A stretch of 64,000 bases of DNA from NCBI GenBank assembly GCA_947084965.1, contig CAMTUG010000001.1, forward strand, positions 1,375 to 65,374. Reading direction: 5' to 3'. Below are positions 1 to 9,306 of the stretch, in pieces; within the stretch, counting starts at the first letter, position 1, and every line of letters starts with the position of its first letter. Origin of the DNA: an uncultured Parcubacteria group bacterium (GTDB lineage Bacteria; Patescibacteriota; Patescibacteriia; UBA9934; CAMTUG01). The notes beneath the pieces are model-generated. The model searched no databases. It saw nothing but the letters and a program-made list of their open reading frames with translations, and had not been told where the DNA came from. The position numbers were made by a program, and so were the translations under genes.

Positions 1-1
1 G

Positions 2-301
2 CGTGACGATGCAGGGAAGATTAATCGCATCGTTGAGTTTAAAGATGCAAGCGAAGCAGAAAAGGCGATCACAGAAGTGAACCCTGCGTATATGATTTTC
101 CGTCGTGATTGGTTGTGTGAAAATGTTCGATCAATTACCACGAAAAATGCTCAAGGTGAATACTATCTCACAGACCTCGTACAGCTGGCGGTGGATCAGG
201 GGCAAAAGATTAACTCGATCATCGTCGAGAATCCTATTGAGGCGATTGGGATCAATACGCCCGAGCAGTTAAAAGCCGCCGAAGAGGCACTTGAGCATTA
301 G
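2..301 (+). CDS. GlmU-type nucleotidyltransferase, 3' part (5' truncated by window edge)
   Basis: The frame is open from base 2: RDDAGKINRIVEFKDA...EVNP...NAQGEYYLTD...GINTPEQL. These are GlmU uridyltransferase motifs. The stop follows with no hexapeptide acetyltransferase domain. Confidence 0.85.
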   Translation, partial: RDDAGKINRIVEFKDASEAEKAITEVNPAYMIFRRDWLCENVRSITTKNAQGEYYLTDLVQLAVDQGQKINSIIVENPIEAIGINTPEQLKAAEEALEH

Positions 302-311
302 TACGTTTTAT

Positions 312-1559
312 ATGCGAGTCATTACCGACTGGCATTTACATTCCAAGTATTCCCGCGCATGTTCTCAAGAGTTAACGCTTGAGAACAATGCGTTATGGTG
401 TGAAAAAAAGGGGGTCAATGTGCTCGGCACAGCTGACTTTACACACCCGAAGTGGTTTGCGGAGATCAAAAAAAAGTTGGAGGAGGCCGAACAGGGGATG
501 TTCAAGTTGAAAGGGTCGGACTCAAAGATGCGCTACATGCTCACCACCGAAGTGGCCCAGATTTATAAAAAAGACGGGGCGGTACGACGCATTCACAATA
601 TTATCTTGGCGCCGACGATCGCTAGTGTGGAAGCGATCATTAAAGCGCTGACGGATCGTGGGTGTAATTTGTCAGCCGATGGTCGACCGATTCTTGGAAT
701 CGAATCCGAGGAGCTCATGAAGATTCTGATCGGGGTCGATGAAAAGATCATGTTGATTCCGGCGCATGCTTGGACGCCGTGGTTCTCCGTATTTGGATCA
801 AAGTCTGGCTTCAACTCGCTCGAAGCGTGCTATGGCACAATGGCTAAGTATATTTACGCGATTGAAACGGGGCTCTCAAGTGACCCGCTCATGAATCGTC
901 GGTTGAGTGCACTCGATAACCTCATGTTGATCAGCAATTCAGACGCGCATTCACCGCGCAACTTTGGGCGGGAGGCGAACGTGTTCGAAATGGATCCGGA
1001 CAAGATTACCTACGATGAGTTTTTGCGTATCTTTAAGGAACGCGATACATCCAAGTTCAAATACACGATCGAGTTTTATCCAGAAGAAGGGAAGTATCAT
1101 GTGGATGGTCACGCAGACTGTCAGTTTTTTTGCGATCCAACAGAAACAAAGCGGCTCGGTGGCAAATGCCCAAAGTGCGGCAAGCGATTAACGGTCGGTG
1201 TTCTTTCTCGCGTCCAGGAGCTGGCGGATCGGCCAGCCAGTGCTCCTGATGCGAGCTTTAAATCGATCGTTCCTCTTGAAATCATCATCGCTGAGTGTCT
1301 CGGTGTTTCTGGCGCCGGATCGAAAAAAGTTCAAGCGATGTACGAACGTTTGATTAAAGAAGTCGGCACCGAATTCACGGTCCTTCTCGATGCTCCCATT
1401 TCTGAGATCGCCAAGGTTAATGCTACAATTGCTCAAGCCGTTGATCGTGTGCGTATCGGTCAACTCAATATTCGTCCGGGGTATGACGGTATTTTTGGAA
1501 AGGTGAAGATCTTTCCAGATGATCACGAGATGCGCCGAAAACAACTGAGCATTTTGTAA
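312..1559 (+). CDS. Endonuclease Q-like PHP-family protein with zinc finger
   Basis: Motifs DWHLHSKYS, GTADFTHP, AHAWTPW, ETGLSSD, SNSDAHS, GKYH and CPKCG. ATG at 312. Confidence 0.85.
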   Translation: MRVITDWHLHSKYSRACSQELTLENNALWCEKKGVNVLGTADFTHPKWFAEIKKKLEEAEQGMFKLKGSDSKMRYMLTTEVAQIYKKDGAVRRIHNIILAPTIASVEAIIKALTDRGCNLSADGRPILGIESEELMKILIGVDEKIMLIPAHAWTPWFSVFGSKSGFNSLEACYGTMAKYIYAIETGLSSDPLMNRRLSALDNLMLISNSDAHSPRNFGREANVFEMDPDKITYDEFLRIFKERDTSKFKYTIEFYPEEGKYHVDGHADCQFFCDPTETKRLGGKCPKCGKRLTVGVLSRVQELADRPASAPDASFKSIVPLEIIIAECLGVSGAGSKKVQAMYERLIKEVGTEFTVLLDAPISEIAKVNATIAQAVDRVRIGQLNIRPGYDGIFGKVKIFPDDHEMRRKQLSIL

Positions 1560-1561
1560 CT

Positions 1562-2191
1562 ATGTGTTTTTCTGCAACGGCCAGTTTTGCTGCGGCCGGG
1601 GTGTTGGCAACGGCGGGAGTCGTTGCTTATAAAAAGGCAGGGAAGGATGCTGCACTGCGTTTATACGCCGGTATCCCGCTTTTATTCGCCATCCAGCAGG
1701 CGATAGAGGGCGCTCAGTGGCTTGTTGATCGTCCGAGCGCCATAAGCACTGCCCTCGGATACGGGTTTCTCTTTTTTGCCTATCTTGTCTGGCCCTCCTA
1801 TATTCCCTATGTCGTCTATCGATTAGAAAAAGACCAGCGGCGGAAACATCTGGCACATGACGTGTTGATCGTTGGTTTGATGGCTACGCTGTACGGAATT
1901 ATCGTCCTCGCGCACGATGCGCTCACGGTGTCGGTCCTGAATAAGAGTATCAGTTACCAGATCGATGCCGCTTATTTTGAAATGGCGGTCGGACTCTACG
2001 TCGGCATTGTCTGTGGTTCTCTCCTACTTTCTACGAGGAAGCGAGTAAACGCCTTTGGTTTAGTCCTTTTCCTAAGCTATGTGCTCAGTGTGCTGGCGTT
2101 TCAGGCAACGTTTACCTCTGTCTGGTGTTATTTTTCCGCCGTACTTTCTGTGTTTGTCCTTTGGGAGATCATGGCTGTTAGGAAAAAATAA
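1562..2191 (+). CDS. Integral membrane protein (DUF6629-like)
   Basis: Starts MCFSATASF, contains PLLFAIQQAIEG and SVWCYFSA, and has multiple TM segments. Confidence 0.7.
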   Translation: MCFSATASFAAAGVLATAGVVAYKKAGKDAALRLYAGIPLLFAIQQAIEGAQWLVDRPSAISTALGYGFLFFAYLVWPSYIPYVVYRLEKDQRRKHLAHDVLIVGLMATLYGIIVLAHDALTVSVLNKSISYQIDAAYFEMAVGLYVGIVCGSLLLSTRKRVNAFGLVLFLSYVLSVLAFQATFTSVWCYFSAVLSVFVLWEIMAVRKK

Positions 2192-2199
2192 GAGAAATC

Positions 2200-2234
2200 A
2201 AAAATCCTCCATCGAATTCACGTGGAGGATTTTT
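2200..2234. terminator. Bidirectional intrinsic terminator
   Basis: AAAAATCCTCCA...TGGAGGATTTTT lies between convergent genes. The same arms recur at 12213-12242. Confidence 0.75.
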
Positions 2235-2244
2235 GTATTCACGC

Positions 2245-2358
2245 TTACGCGCGCTTTTTCGAAGCGGCTTTGCGCTTCTTCGGAGCCGCCTTGCGCTTTG
2301 CCGGTTTCTTTGCGGCTTTGCGCTTCGCTGGCTTCTTGGCCTTTTTCTTGGCTGCCAT
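2245..2358 (-). CDS. 37-aa Lys/Ala-rich histone H1-like protein
   Basis: Hand translation: MAAKKKAKKPAKRKAAKKPAKRKAAPKKRKAASKKRA*. It has the TATG start context used by other genes here and a terminator downstream. It falls below the ORF-track length cutoff. Confidence 0.8.
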   Translation of the reverse strand: MAAKKKAKKPAKRKAAKKPAKRKAAPKKRKAASKKRA

Positions 2359-2494
2359 AGAAGTATGGGTTAAAAATAATTTCTGTAATGAACGTCCTCC
2401 TCACGATCGACTTTGAAAATTATTTCGTGAGATGTGACTAGTATACGACAACTATTTTTAAATGAAAATAGTTTTACAAAAATTGTCAAGAGTA

Positions 2495-3823
2495 TTACTC
2501 GCGTACTTCAACCGGAATACCGACGGAAGACCAATGATAGATCCATTGAATATTTTCTAAATTCACATTGACGCATCCATGACTCATCGGATGACCGAAG
2601 TTATTATGCCAGTAGGCGTAGTGAATGTAGATGTGTGGGAAGATGCGTAAGTTCCATGGAACGAGTCCTAGCGAGTAATTATTTGGATTCCCCGGGCCGT
2701 AACTCCAGGTGTAATCGACATACGGAAGTTTGGCGAGGACAGAGGTCATTCCTGTGGGTGTGATGAATGGCAATTTTCCGCTAGAAATCAAGAAACTATT
2801 AGCTAAAATGCCATTTTCATAGGCGTACAGGCGTTGGTCAGAGATATCGATCTCGATACGTTTTGCTTCTGTAGATTCATCAAAGAACGGACGATCAGCA
2901 ACGGCAATAATTTCCTCAATACCATCGTTGTCGAAGTCCGCCGTAGCAGCGTTGACACTTCCGAACGGAACAGTTGCCGTAAAGACGACTGCGGTGTTGG
3001 CGACGAATCCACCGTCTTCGGCTGTCGTAAATAATTTATCGTCAACAAAAATCATCCCCGTCGTTGTCGTTGTGTGATTTTCTACGATCGCTGATTCTTG
3101 CACGGGGCTGTGGATAACATAGGATTTCACAACATGATTTCCTGTTGTGCGTTGCAAGGTTGTGTACAAAACTCCTTTGTGAATCGCTGCGACGACTCCT
3201 CCGCGCTCCTCTTGAGCGAAGGAAAAAAATTCCTGATTGAGAATCCATGCGTCATTTGAGTATTTCCAGATGCGTACGTGTGGACCGCCGCTCGGTCCTG
3301 GTGTTGTGACAAGTTCGTCTTCTCCGTCATCATCCAGATCTCCGCAGGCGAGGTTCACCCCACCGCGGAACGTTTCGGCGTAAGCAAAGAATCCAACCTC
3401 TTTTATTTCCCCGACGTTATTGAAGGTGCGCACCTGCGGTCCGCCACCATATTGTGTACCGGTAATGATATCGTTGACCCCGTCGCCGTCCGGATCGCAC
3501 ACCGCGACAGTCACGCCCGTCCCCATGGTCGGTTCATACGCAAGGAAACCCCCGACCTCTGAACCGTCTTCGCGATACACTGTGACGCGCGGTTCGTTGC
3601 CGAGGCCGTTAGCGATGATAATCTCTGGCACGCCATCGTTGCCAAGATCCCCGGCCGCGACTTTGGCTCCACCTGCCTCGTTGCCGGTGGCGATAGGGAA
3701 CGAAGATCGTTCTGTGCCGTCTGTGCTCAGAATTTGAACGGTGAGGGATGGGCTATGCCAGGCGGAAGCCGTTCCTGGGATGGTCAGGATGAAGAGAAAC
3801 AGGGGAATGAGGGCAAAGCGCAT
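2495..3823 (-). CDS. Secreted L,D-transpeptidase (YkuD) with FG-GAP repeats
   Basis: Signal peptide, then GDLGNDG/GDLDDDG repeats, then a C-terminal IHYAYWHNNFGHPMSHGCVN catalytic motif. Confidence 0.88.
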   Translation of the reverse strand: MRFALIPLFLFILTIPGTASAWHSPSLTVQILSTDGTERSSFPIATGNEAGGAKVAAGDLGNDGVPEIIIANGLGNEPRVTVYREDGSEVGGFLAYEPTMGTGVTVAVCDPDGDGVNDIITGTQYGGGPQVRTFNNVGEIKEVGFFAYAETFRGGVNLACGDLDDDGEDELVTTPGPSGGPHVRIWKYSNDAWILNQEFFSFAQEERGGVVAAIHKGVLYTTLQRTTGNHVVKSYVIHSPVQESAIVENHTTTTTGMIFVDDKLFTTAEDGGFVANTAVVFTATVPFGSVNAATADFDNDGIEEIIAVADRPFFDESTEAKRIEIDISDQRLYAYENGILANSFLISSGKLPFITPTGMTSVLAKLPYVDYTWSYGPGNPNNYSLGLVPWNLRIFPHIYIHYAYWHNNFGHPMSHGCVNVNLENIQWIYHWSSVGIPVEVRE

Positions 3824-3858
3824 AATGCAGGTATTCTACCAGAATCTACAAACAACCC

Positions 3859-6834
3859 CTATTTCGCCGGGATCTCGTACCCGTCCTGCCAGGAATAAGC
3901 GAAGGGGGCGTAGGAAAATTGATGATGCTCGGACAAAGATTTGGTTGGTAATTTCATTTCACGCACTAAGCCGTGCAATTCTTCACGGTTCGTAAAGATC
4001 GTTGGGTTGGTCGGAATTAGCACAGATTCAGCTTTGATTGCTTGGGCGCTTCGTTTGGCGAAATCGATCATCGCCCGTAGCACGCGCTCACCACTTACTT
4101 CTCGTAGCATTGTCAGGCTTGGGTTGATCCCTGGAAGGGAAAGATACTTCTTCTTGCCGTCCTGAACGATTTCAAAGTGCATGCCCCCACGTGCCACCCC
4201 GTCATCGCCAAACATGATCACATTGCTGAAGTCTTCTTTGTTCCACAGTTGATCGTCGACTGCCACGCAGACCCCCATGTTTAACCCGGCCACGGCATGT
4301 AGTTTACGTTTACTGATCTCAAATCGTATCTGGCGCTGCTCGCCACCTTCCGCACCTTCGATAAATAACCATTTCTCCAACTGACGGTCCATAGCTGGAC
4401 CGTCAGAACCGAGAATTTTAGTGACGATTTGGGAAGAGACTTTTCCCGCTTCGGTCGTTGTACCTTCTGATTCAAACAGCATTAATTCTACGATCGCGGC
4501 GACAGCAGACTCGAGGACGTCCTTATCCTCAATCCCTTCGATGGATGAACGAACCTGCTCATAGGGGTCACCTTCAAATGCTACGCCGAGGTCTTTGAGC
4601 ATCACTCGCATGCGTTCGCTTTTTTGCTCGGCGGTCATGCGTTGATTCCCAAGCATCCCGACGATCGATTTGGTCATCGCCTTTTTTGCTTTTGGTGAAA
4701 TCTCGCGCCGTGTCGCTGCAGTCACCTCGGCTTCGAATGTCACTGGATCGGCTTCGTGGTACGCACGCAATGCTGCATCAATCACGTCGCGCAAGGCGTC
4801 CTTAGACCATTCGGTTAGGCGTGCTGCTTCTTCGCGACCACTAACGAAATCTGGAAGTTTTGTCCCACCCCGAGCGAGAAAGAGGGCATAGCCATCACGC
4901 AAGGCCGCTTTTGTGCTCGCGGACGATGATTCGGTTAAAATACGAACCATCCTTCTACCGACTTCGACGATCTGCACTTGGCTCATTAAAATTTCATCTT
5001 TCCCTACTTGTTCTTTCTCCTCAGTAATCACTTTTTTATCATTGACGTCGGCAACGGCTTCGCCGATGCGGTTCCAGGGACTCAGTTCAAATGTTTCTCC
5101 CTTTGCTAGTTCCCACTTTCCGACAGGGAAGGAAACGGTTTCTCCTTGTAGAGTTTCCCATTCCGGTGGGATATCATCCTGCCGATCTTTTCTTCGTTGC
5201 ACTAGCCGTGCATATTCTTCGCGCGAGACTCCCAACGCTGGTGGAAATACGTGTGAAAGCAATCCGAGTTTTTCTTCGTCCAGCCCCCCTTCCGGCCACA
5301 CTCCAGATTGGATTTGAGCGATTGCCTTTCCAACTTCTGCACTCATTTCACGGACGACATCCTTGATCGTCTGTCCACTTTTCAGACGAGAGCTGAAGTC
5401 ATTATATAACTGACGTGTCCACGGCAACTTGGAATCAAGATAGGGAGCGAGATTTTGCTGCGTGCCGAGAGATTGGCCGAAAACTGTGTACCATGTGGTG
5501 TCTGTTGGACTATCCTTTGCAAAGTTAATCTCCTGATAGAATTCCAAAAAATCTTGAAACCTGGCTCCTGTTTTTGATTGGATATATCGCAAAAGTTTCG
5601 CGGACCCCTCATCTGGTACCATGATATCTAAAATACTACGGTTAGCTTGGTGTCCAGAATCCCAAATACTATCTCTAAGAAAACCGAATGTGCGAAATGC
5701 TGAAGCGCCCTGGCTTTCAAGTGTCGGGCGTATCACCCCATCAACCACCTCTTTTGGTGGAAGCTCCCATGTATCGTACATCATGTCAGCCACACTGTTC
5801 AGGTTATGGCTCACCGCGGCAGGTGGAAGTTGTTGGATAATTTTTGGTAATTGTTGGCGGATAAAGTTTTGGTACTCTTCTTTGTATCCTTTCGCCCGAT
5901 CTGGGATGAGCGAAAGCGCCCACTCACGGTCTTCGGGGGTCATTTTTTCGAATCCGTCGAATCCACTAGAAAGTGCCGTCTGTTCCCGTTGATTGAATTG
6001 CCAGTTAGTTACATCGTTTTCGCTAAATTCAATTTCGCGCATTACAGGCAAAGTCAGGCTCATGTAGGCAGGAGTTTTCCCCCTTGCCGGGGAGGAGAGG
6101 ATCGAGCGAAGTTCTTTATTCGTCAACAGTTCTTGTAAGCGACCAAGATCGTCTCCTTTAATCGCCTCGAGAATTGCACGTTGATCGTTTCTGTATTTCT
6201 CGCGGGCGATCGTATTCCATTCGTCTACTGGAATCGCATCACTAAAATCATTCCGACAGACATCCATCGCGTAGATCGAAACGTTTGCTCCTAGAGCTTC
6301 GTCGACGAGTTTACGTTTTTGTTCTGGGGTGAATTGTTTCCATGGTGCACGACCAAAGGTATCCTCGGTCATTCGTATCTGAGACCATTTTTCTCTCGCC
6401 AGCTCTGGTTCTACACGTTCCATCACGGCGCGGGGGACATACATCGTAGAAAAGTCAGGTTGCGAGAAAAAGATCTGCTGAATTTCTGGAATAGATTGCA
6501 CACCGGCTGGTAGAGCAGAGAATAATCCAGCAATACCGATTTCGTACCCATGCTTAATAAGGGCGTGTTTCCAGAAACGCGGGTCAGAAAGTAATTTACT
6601 ATCAATCTGGTCAATAACTGGTATGTATATGCTGGCCCAGTCTCGACCTCTGTCATCATTAGGAATCTTAGCTAGTCCGAGCTCGAATTGCTGCAGACCT
6701 TGTTCAATATCTTGGATCTCCTCAGCTTCGCCTTGCTGTTCTAAATCCGTCTCCAACATTTCCTCGCGGAAGCGCTTTTGTTGATCAACAGAACGTCCTC
6801 GGCCGAATCCAATCGTTTCTTGACTTTTTGCCAT
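3859..6834 (-). CDS. Large hypothetical protein (991 aa)
   Basis: Long uninterrupted ORF, mostly helical-looking, with an alpha/beta-like C-terminus (GLNMGVCVA...LPGINP). No family recognised. Confidence 0.8.
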   Translation of the reverse strand: MAKSQETIGFGRGRSVDQQKRFREEMLETDLEQQGEAEEIQDIEQGLQQFELGLAKIPNDDRGRDWASIYIPVIDQIDSKLLSDPRFWKHALIKHGYEIGIAGLFSALPAGVQSIPEIQQIFFSQPDFSTMYVPRAVMERVEPELAREKWSQIRMTEDTFGRAPWKQFTPEQKRKLVDEALGANVSIYAMDVCRNDFSDAIPVDEWNTIAREKYRNDQRAILEAIKGDDLGRLQELLTNKELRSILSSPARGKTPAYMSLTLPVMREIEFSENDVTNWQFNQREQTALSSGFDGFEKMTPEDREWALSLIPDRAKGYKEEYQNFIRQQLPKIIQQLPPAAVSHNLNSVADMMYDTWELPPKEVVDGVIRPTLESQGASAFRTFGFLRDSIWDSGHQANRSILDIMVPDEGSAKLLRYIQSKTGARFQDFLEFYQEINFAKDSPTDTTWYTVFGQSLGTQQNLAPYLDSKLPWTRQLYNDFSSRLKSGQTIKDVVREMSAEVGKAIAQIQSGVWPEGGLDEEKLGLLSHVFPPALGVSREEYARLVQRRKDRQDDIPPEWETLQGETVSFPVGKWELAKGETFELSPWNRIGEAVADVNDKKVITEEKEQVGKDEILMSQVQIVEVGRRMVRILTESSSASTKAALRDGYALFLARGGTKLPDFVSGREEAARLTEWSKDALRDVIDAALRAYHEADPVTFEAEVTAATRREISPKAKKAMTKSIVGMLGNQRMTAEQKSERMRVMLKDLGVAFEGDPYEQVRSSIEGIEDKDVLESAVAAIVELMLFESEGTTTEAGKVSSQIVTKILGSDGPAMDRQLEKWLFIEGAEGGEQRQIRFEISKRKLHAVAGLNMGVCVAVDDQLWNKEDFSNVIMFGDDGVARGGMHFEIVQDGKKKYLSLPGINPSLTMLREVSGERVLRAMIDFAKRSAQAIKAESVLIPTNPTIFTNREELHGLVREMKLPTKSLSEHHQFSYAPFAYSWQDGYEIPAK

Positions 6835-6899
6835 AGAGTTGAATGCAGAAGCATACTAGCATTAACAAAATACCCCAGGCAATGTTTACCTAGGGGATC

Positions 6900-6920
6900 T
6901 TGGTGGACCGCAAGAGATTC
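6900..6920 (-). repeat. Duplicated 3' end of tRNA-Ala
   Basis: TTGGTGGACCGCAAGAGATTC at 6900-6920 is identical to 6993-7013. Each copy sits beside an AAAATACCCC-type hairpin. Confidence 0.9.
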
Positions 6921-6993
6921 TCACGTCGTCGCCTTCGCTCCTCCCCTTCGAATCTCTACAAAATACCCCCGGCAGGTCATGCCGTGGGTATTT

Positions 6994-7069
6994 TGGTGGA
7001 CCGCAAGAGATTCGAACTCTTGACCCCCTGCTTGCAAAGCAGGTGCTCTACCAACTGAGCTAGCGGCCC
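6994..7069 (-). tRNA. tRNA-Ala(TGC)
   Basis: Cloverleaf GGGCCGCTAGCTCAGTTGGTAGAGC-ACCTGC-TTTGCAA-GCAGG...GTTCGAATC...CCACCA. Confidence 0.97.
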
Positions 7070-7109
7070 GTGCGGCAGAACTATAAGGAATTTACTAGGT
7101 TTCGTCAAT

Positions 7110-8333
7110 CTACCTGTGTTTCTGATTTGTTCGAGCCGTTGGCAGGAGGACAAGGGCCACGGCGATGCCAGCACTTAGAAGAACGATCAGACCGCCGATC
7201 CGCAAGGTCGCTGAAGCCCCTACTGTTGCCAAGAGAAAGCCGGCAGCGGTCGGACCGATCATCCACCCAGCGTCTTCTAAGAAGTTGATCACCCCAGTGA
7301 CGACTCCGTGGTGTTGATTTTTGTCTGCCTTGGCATCAAGCCAAGCCCAAAGGGTGGTGCGCAGGAGCTCATCTCCGAAGGAAAGAGCAAAGCAGATAGC
7401 GATCAAGATTGGATGGAAGGTGAGGCCGAGGAGAGCGCTCATGACGGACACGACGCCGAGCCCGGCGAGGATGAGGACCTTCTTGTTTGTAGAGTCGGCA
7501 AATCGCGCTATGGTGAATCCAGCGATAATCATGGCAAACTCCAGCATCGTCATACTCGCACTCAGAATGCGTGGAGTCGTGCCGGCTTCAATGAGCAATG
7601 GAAAGATGAACCAGACGACACCGTAAAAGCTCGCGATGGATAGGGTGTAGATTCCGAGGATCGTTCCGGCTGGGTGAAGATGATGAAATGAGGCACGAAT
7701 TTCCTGGAGGCCGGCTCGGAACGCCTGGCGCTTCGTCGTGGTGACCGGTGGAAGGGTGTTCGGCATGTGGTAATGATTGCCGACCATCAGTGCGGTAAGG
7801 GCACCGATGAGGGGATAGATGATGATGAGTCCGAGAGTTTGGACCGGGAGGTGGACGAAAAAGGGGAGCCCGAGGGTGGCGATCATGATCCCGCTCCCTT
7901 CAGAAGCGCGCATGACGCCGTACAATCGTCCAAAGATCGGGACCGGACTGTGGGCCAGAAGATAGGCGTTGATCCCAGGGGTAAAAAAGAGCCAGCCGAA
8001 TGCCCCTAAAGTAATGGAGAGGAAGTAGGTCAGCGGGGTCAGGCCGAAGAGGAGGATTCCACCCGCACAGATAAAGAGTACGGTGGTGATGCGCAGCATG
8101 CGCAGATAGCCGTATTTTTCCAAAATGAATCCAGCCGGGATATCGCAAAGGAGTTCGATCAGCGATGCGTAGGACACAGCGAGCCCGACCGCCCAGAGGG
8201 GGAGCACCTGGGATCCGAGGACCGCGATCATTGAATAATGGATCCCGGCGCCGAATTTATAAAGAATGATATAAAACCACAATGGGGAAAATGTGGCGAA
8301 ATTTTCTCGAAATGAAAGCTTAGCGGACGGCAT
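7110..8333 (-). CDS. MFS transporter
   Basis: About 12 TM segments, with motif-A-like PAGFILEKYG and ARFADSTNKK. Confidence 0.85.
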   Translation of the reverse strand: MPSAKLSFRENFATFSPLWFYIILYKFGAGIHYSMIAVLGSQVLPLWAVGLAVSYASLIELLCDIPAGFILEKYGYLRMLRITTVLFICAGGILLFGLTPLTYFLSITLGAFGWLFFTPGINAYLLAHSPVPIFGRLYGVMRASEGSGIMIATLGLPFFVHLPVQTLGLIIIYPLIGALTALMVGNHYHMPNTLPPVTTTKRQAFRAGLQEIRASFHHLHPAGTILGIYTLSIASFYGVVWFIFPLLIEAGTTPRILSASMTMLEFAMIIAGFTIARFADSTNKKVLILAGLGVVSVMSALLGLTFHPILIAICFALSFGDELLRTTLWAWLDAKADKNQHHGVVTGVINFLEDAGWMIGPTAAGFLLATVGASATLRIGGLIVLLSAGIAVALVLLPTARTNQKHR

Positions 8334-9306
8334 TCGGTGGGGTTTTTTTGGAGATGAAGGCGAGGATATTTACGGCCGCGGTTCGACTCATCGCCTGGCG
8401 GGCCCCGTTCGTCGCTGAAGCGGTGTGGGGGGTCATGACCACGTTAGAAAGTTTGCGCAGTTCGAGAGTGTCGTTGGGATTGCAGTCGATCAGCGGTTCG
8501 CATTCGAAGACGTCGATTCCGGCACCGGCGATCTCGTTTTTCACTAGTGCTTTTGTGAGCGCAAGTTCATCAACGACCGGTCCGCGAGCCGTGTTGATTA
8601 AGAATGCCGTTTTCTTCATCCGTTTCAATTCTCTCGTTGAGATCAGGTGGCGGGTTGAGGGGAGAAGGGGAACGTGTAGGCTGACGATGTCCGCCGTTTT
8701 TAGTAGCTGTGTTTGCGAGATGTGTTTTGCACCGAACTTTTTTTCTAGCTCCGGATTGCGTTTCAGGTCAGCGTAGACAATCTTTAGTCCAAACCCGTCA
8801 TGCATACGCTTGGCGAGGGCGGTGCCGATGCGTCCGCCGCCGATCAGTCCGAGCGTTTTGCCCATGACATCTGTTCCGAGAAGCATTTTTGGTCCCCAGC
8901 CGTGGTACTTGCCCGCACGGGCAAACGCGTCCGCCTCAACAATACGATGGGTCAAGGCAAAAATAAGGGCCACGGCGTGTTCAGCGACCGCTTCCGAAAT
9001 CTCTTCCCCTGGAGTGTTGCTGACGATGATCCCGCGTTTTTTCGCTTCGGCCAGATCGATGTTGTCCAACCCAACGGCGTAGTTGGCGATCATCTTGAGC
9101 TGTGGTCCGGCCGCATCCATCACCTCGGCATCCACTTTGTCTGTCAAAATGGAAAGGATCACATCGACCCCTTTGACCCGCTTTAATAACTCCTTGCGCG
9201 GGATCGCCCGATCTTTTTCGTAGATATCAAGCGTTACCCCTTTGGCCTTTTTCAACATCTTCAAACCTTCATCCGGAATATCGCGACAGACGAAAATGCG
9301 GGTCAT
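8320..9306 (-). CDS. D-isomer 2-hydroxyacid dehydrogenase (glyoxylate reductase/D-glycerate dehydrogenase family)
   Basis: Motifs AVGLDNID, GGGRIG, LINTARGPVVDE, DVFECEP and TPHTASA. Confidence 0.92.
   Translation of the reverse strand: MTRIFVCRDIPDEGLKMLKKAKGVTLDIYEKDRAIPRKELLKRVKGVDVILSILTDKVDAEVMDAAGPQLKMIANYAVGLDNIDLAEAKKRGIIVSNTPGEEISEAVAEHAVALIFALTHRIVEADAFARAGKYHGWGPKMLLGTDVMGKTLGLIGGGRIGTALAKRMHDGFGLKIVYADLKRNPELEKKFGAKHISQTQLLKTADIVSLHVPLLPSTRHLISTRELKRMKKTAFLINTARGPVVDELALTKALVKNEIAGAGIDVFECEPLIDCNPNDTLELRKLSNVVMTPHTASATNGARQAMSRTAAVNILAFISKKTPPNAVR

Noticed and set aside
2198-2416. Track ORFs 2198-2404 (-) and 2222-2416 (+)
   Set aside because: They are off-frame or antisense shadows of the 37-aa Lys/Ala-rich gene.
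3859-7069. Intact integrative element at tRNA-Ala
   Set aside because: There is no integrase. The duplicated tRNA end lies between the tRNA and the 991-aa gene rather than beyond the gene.
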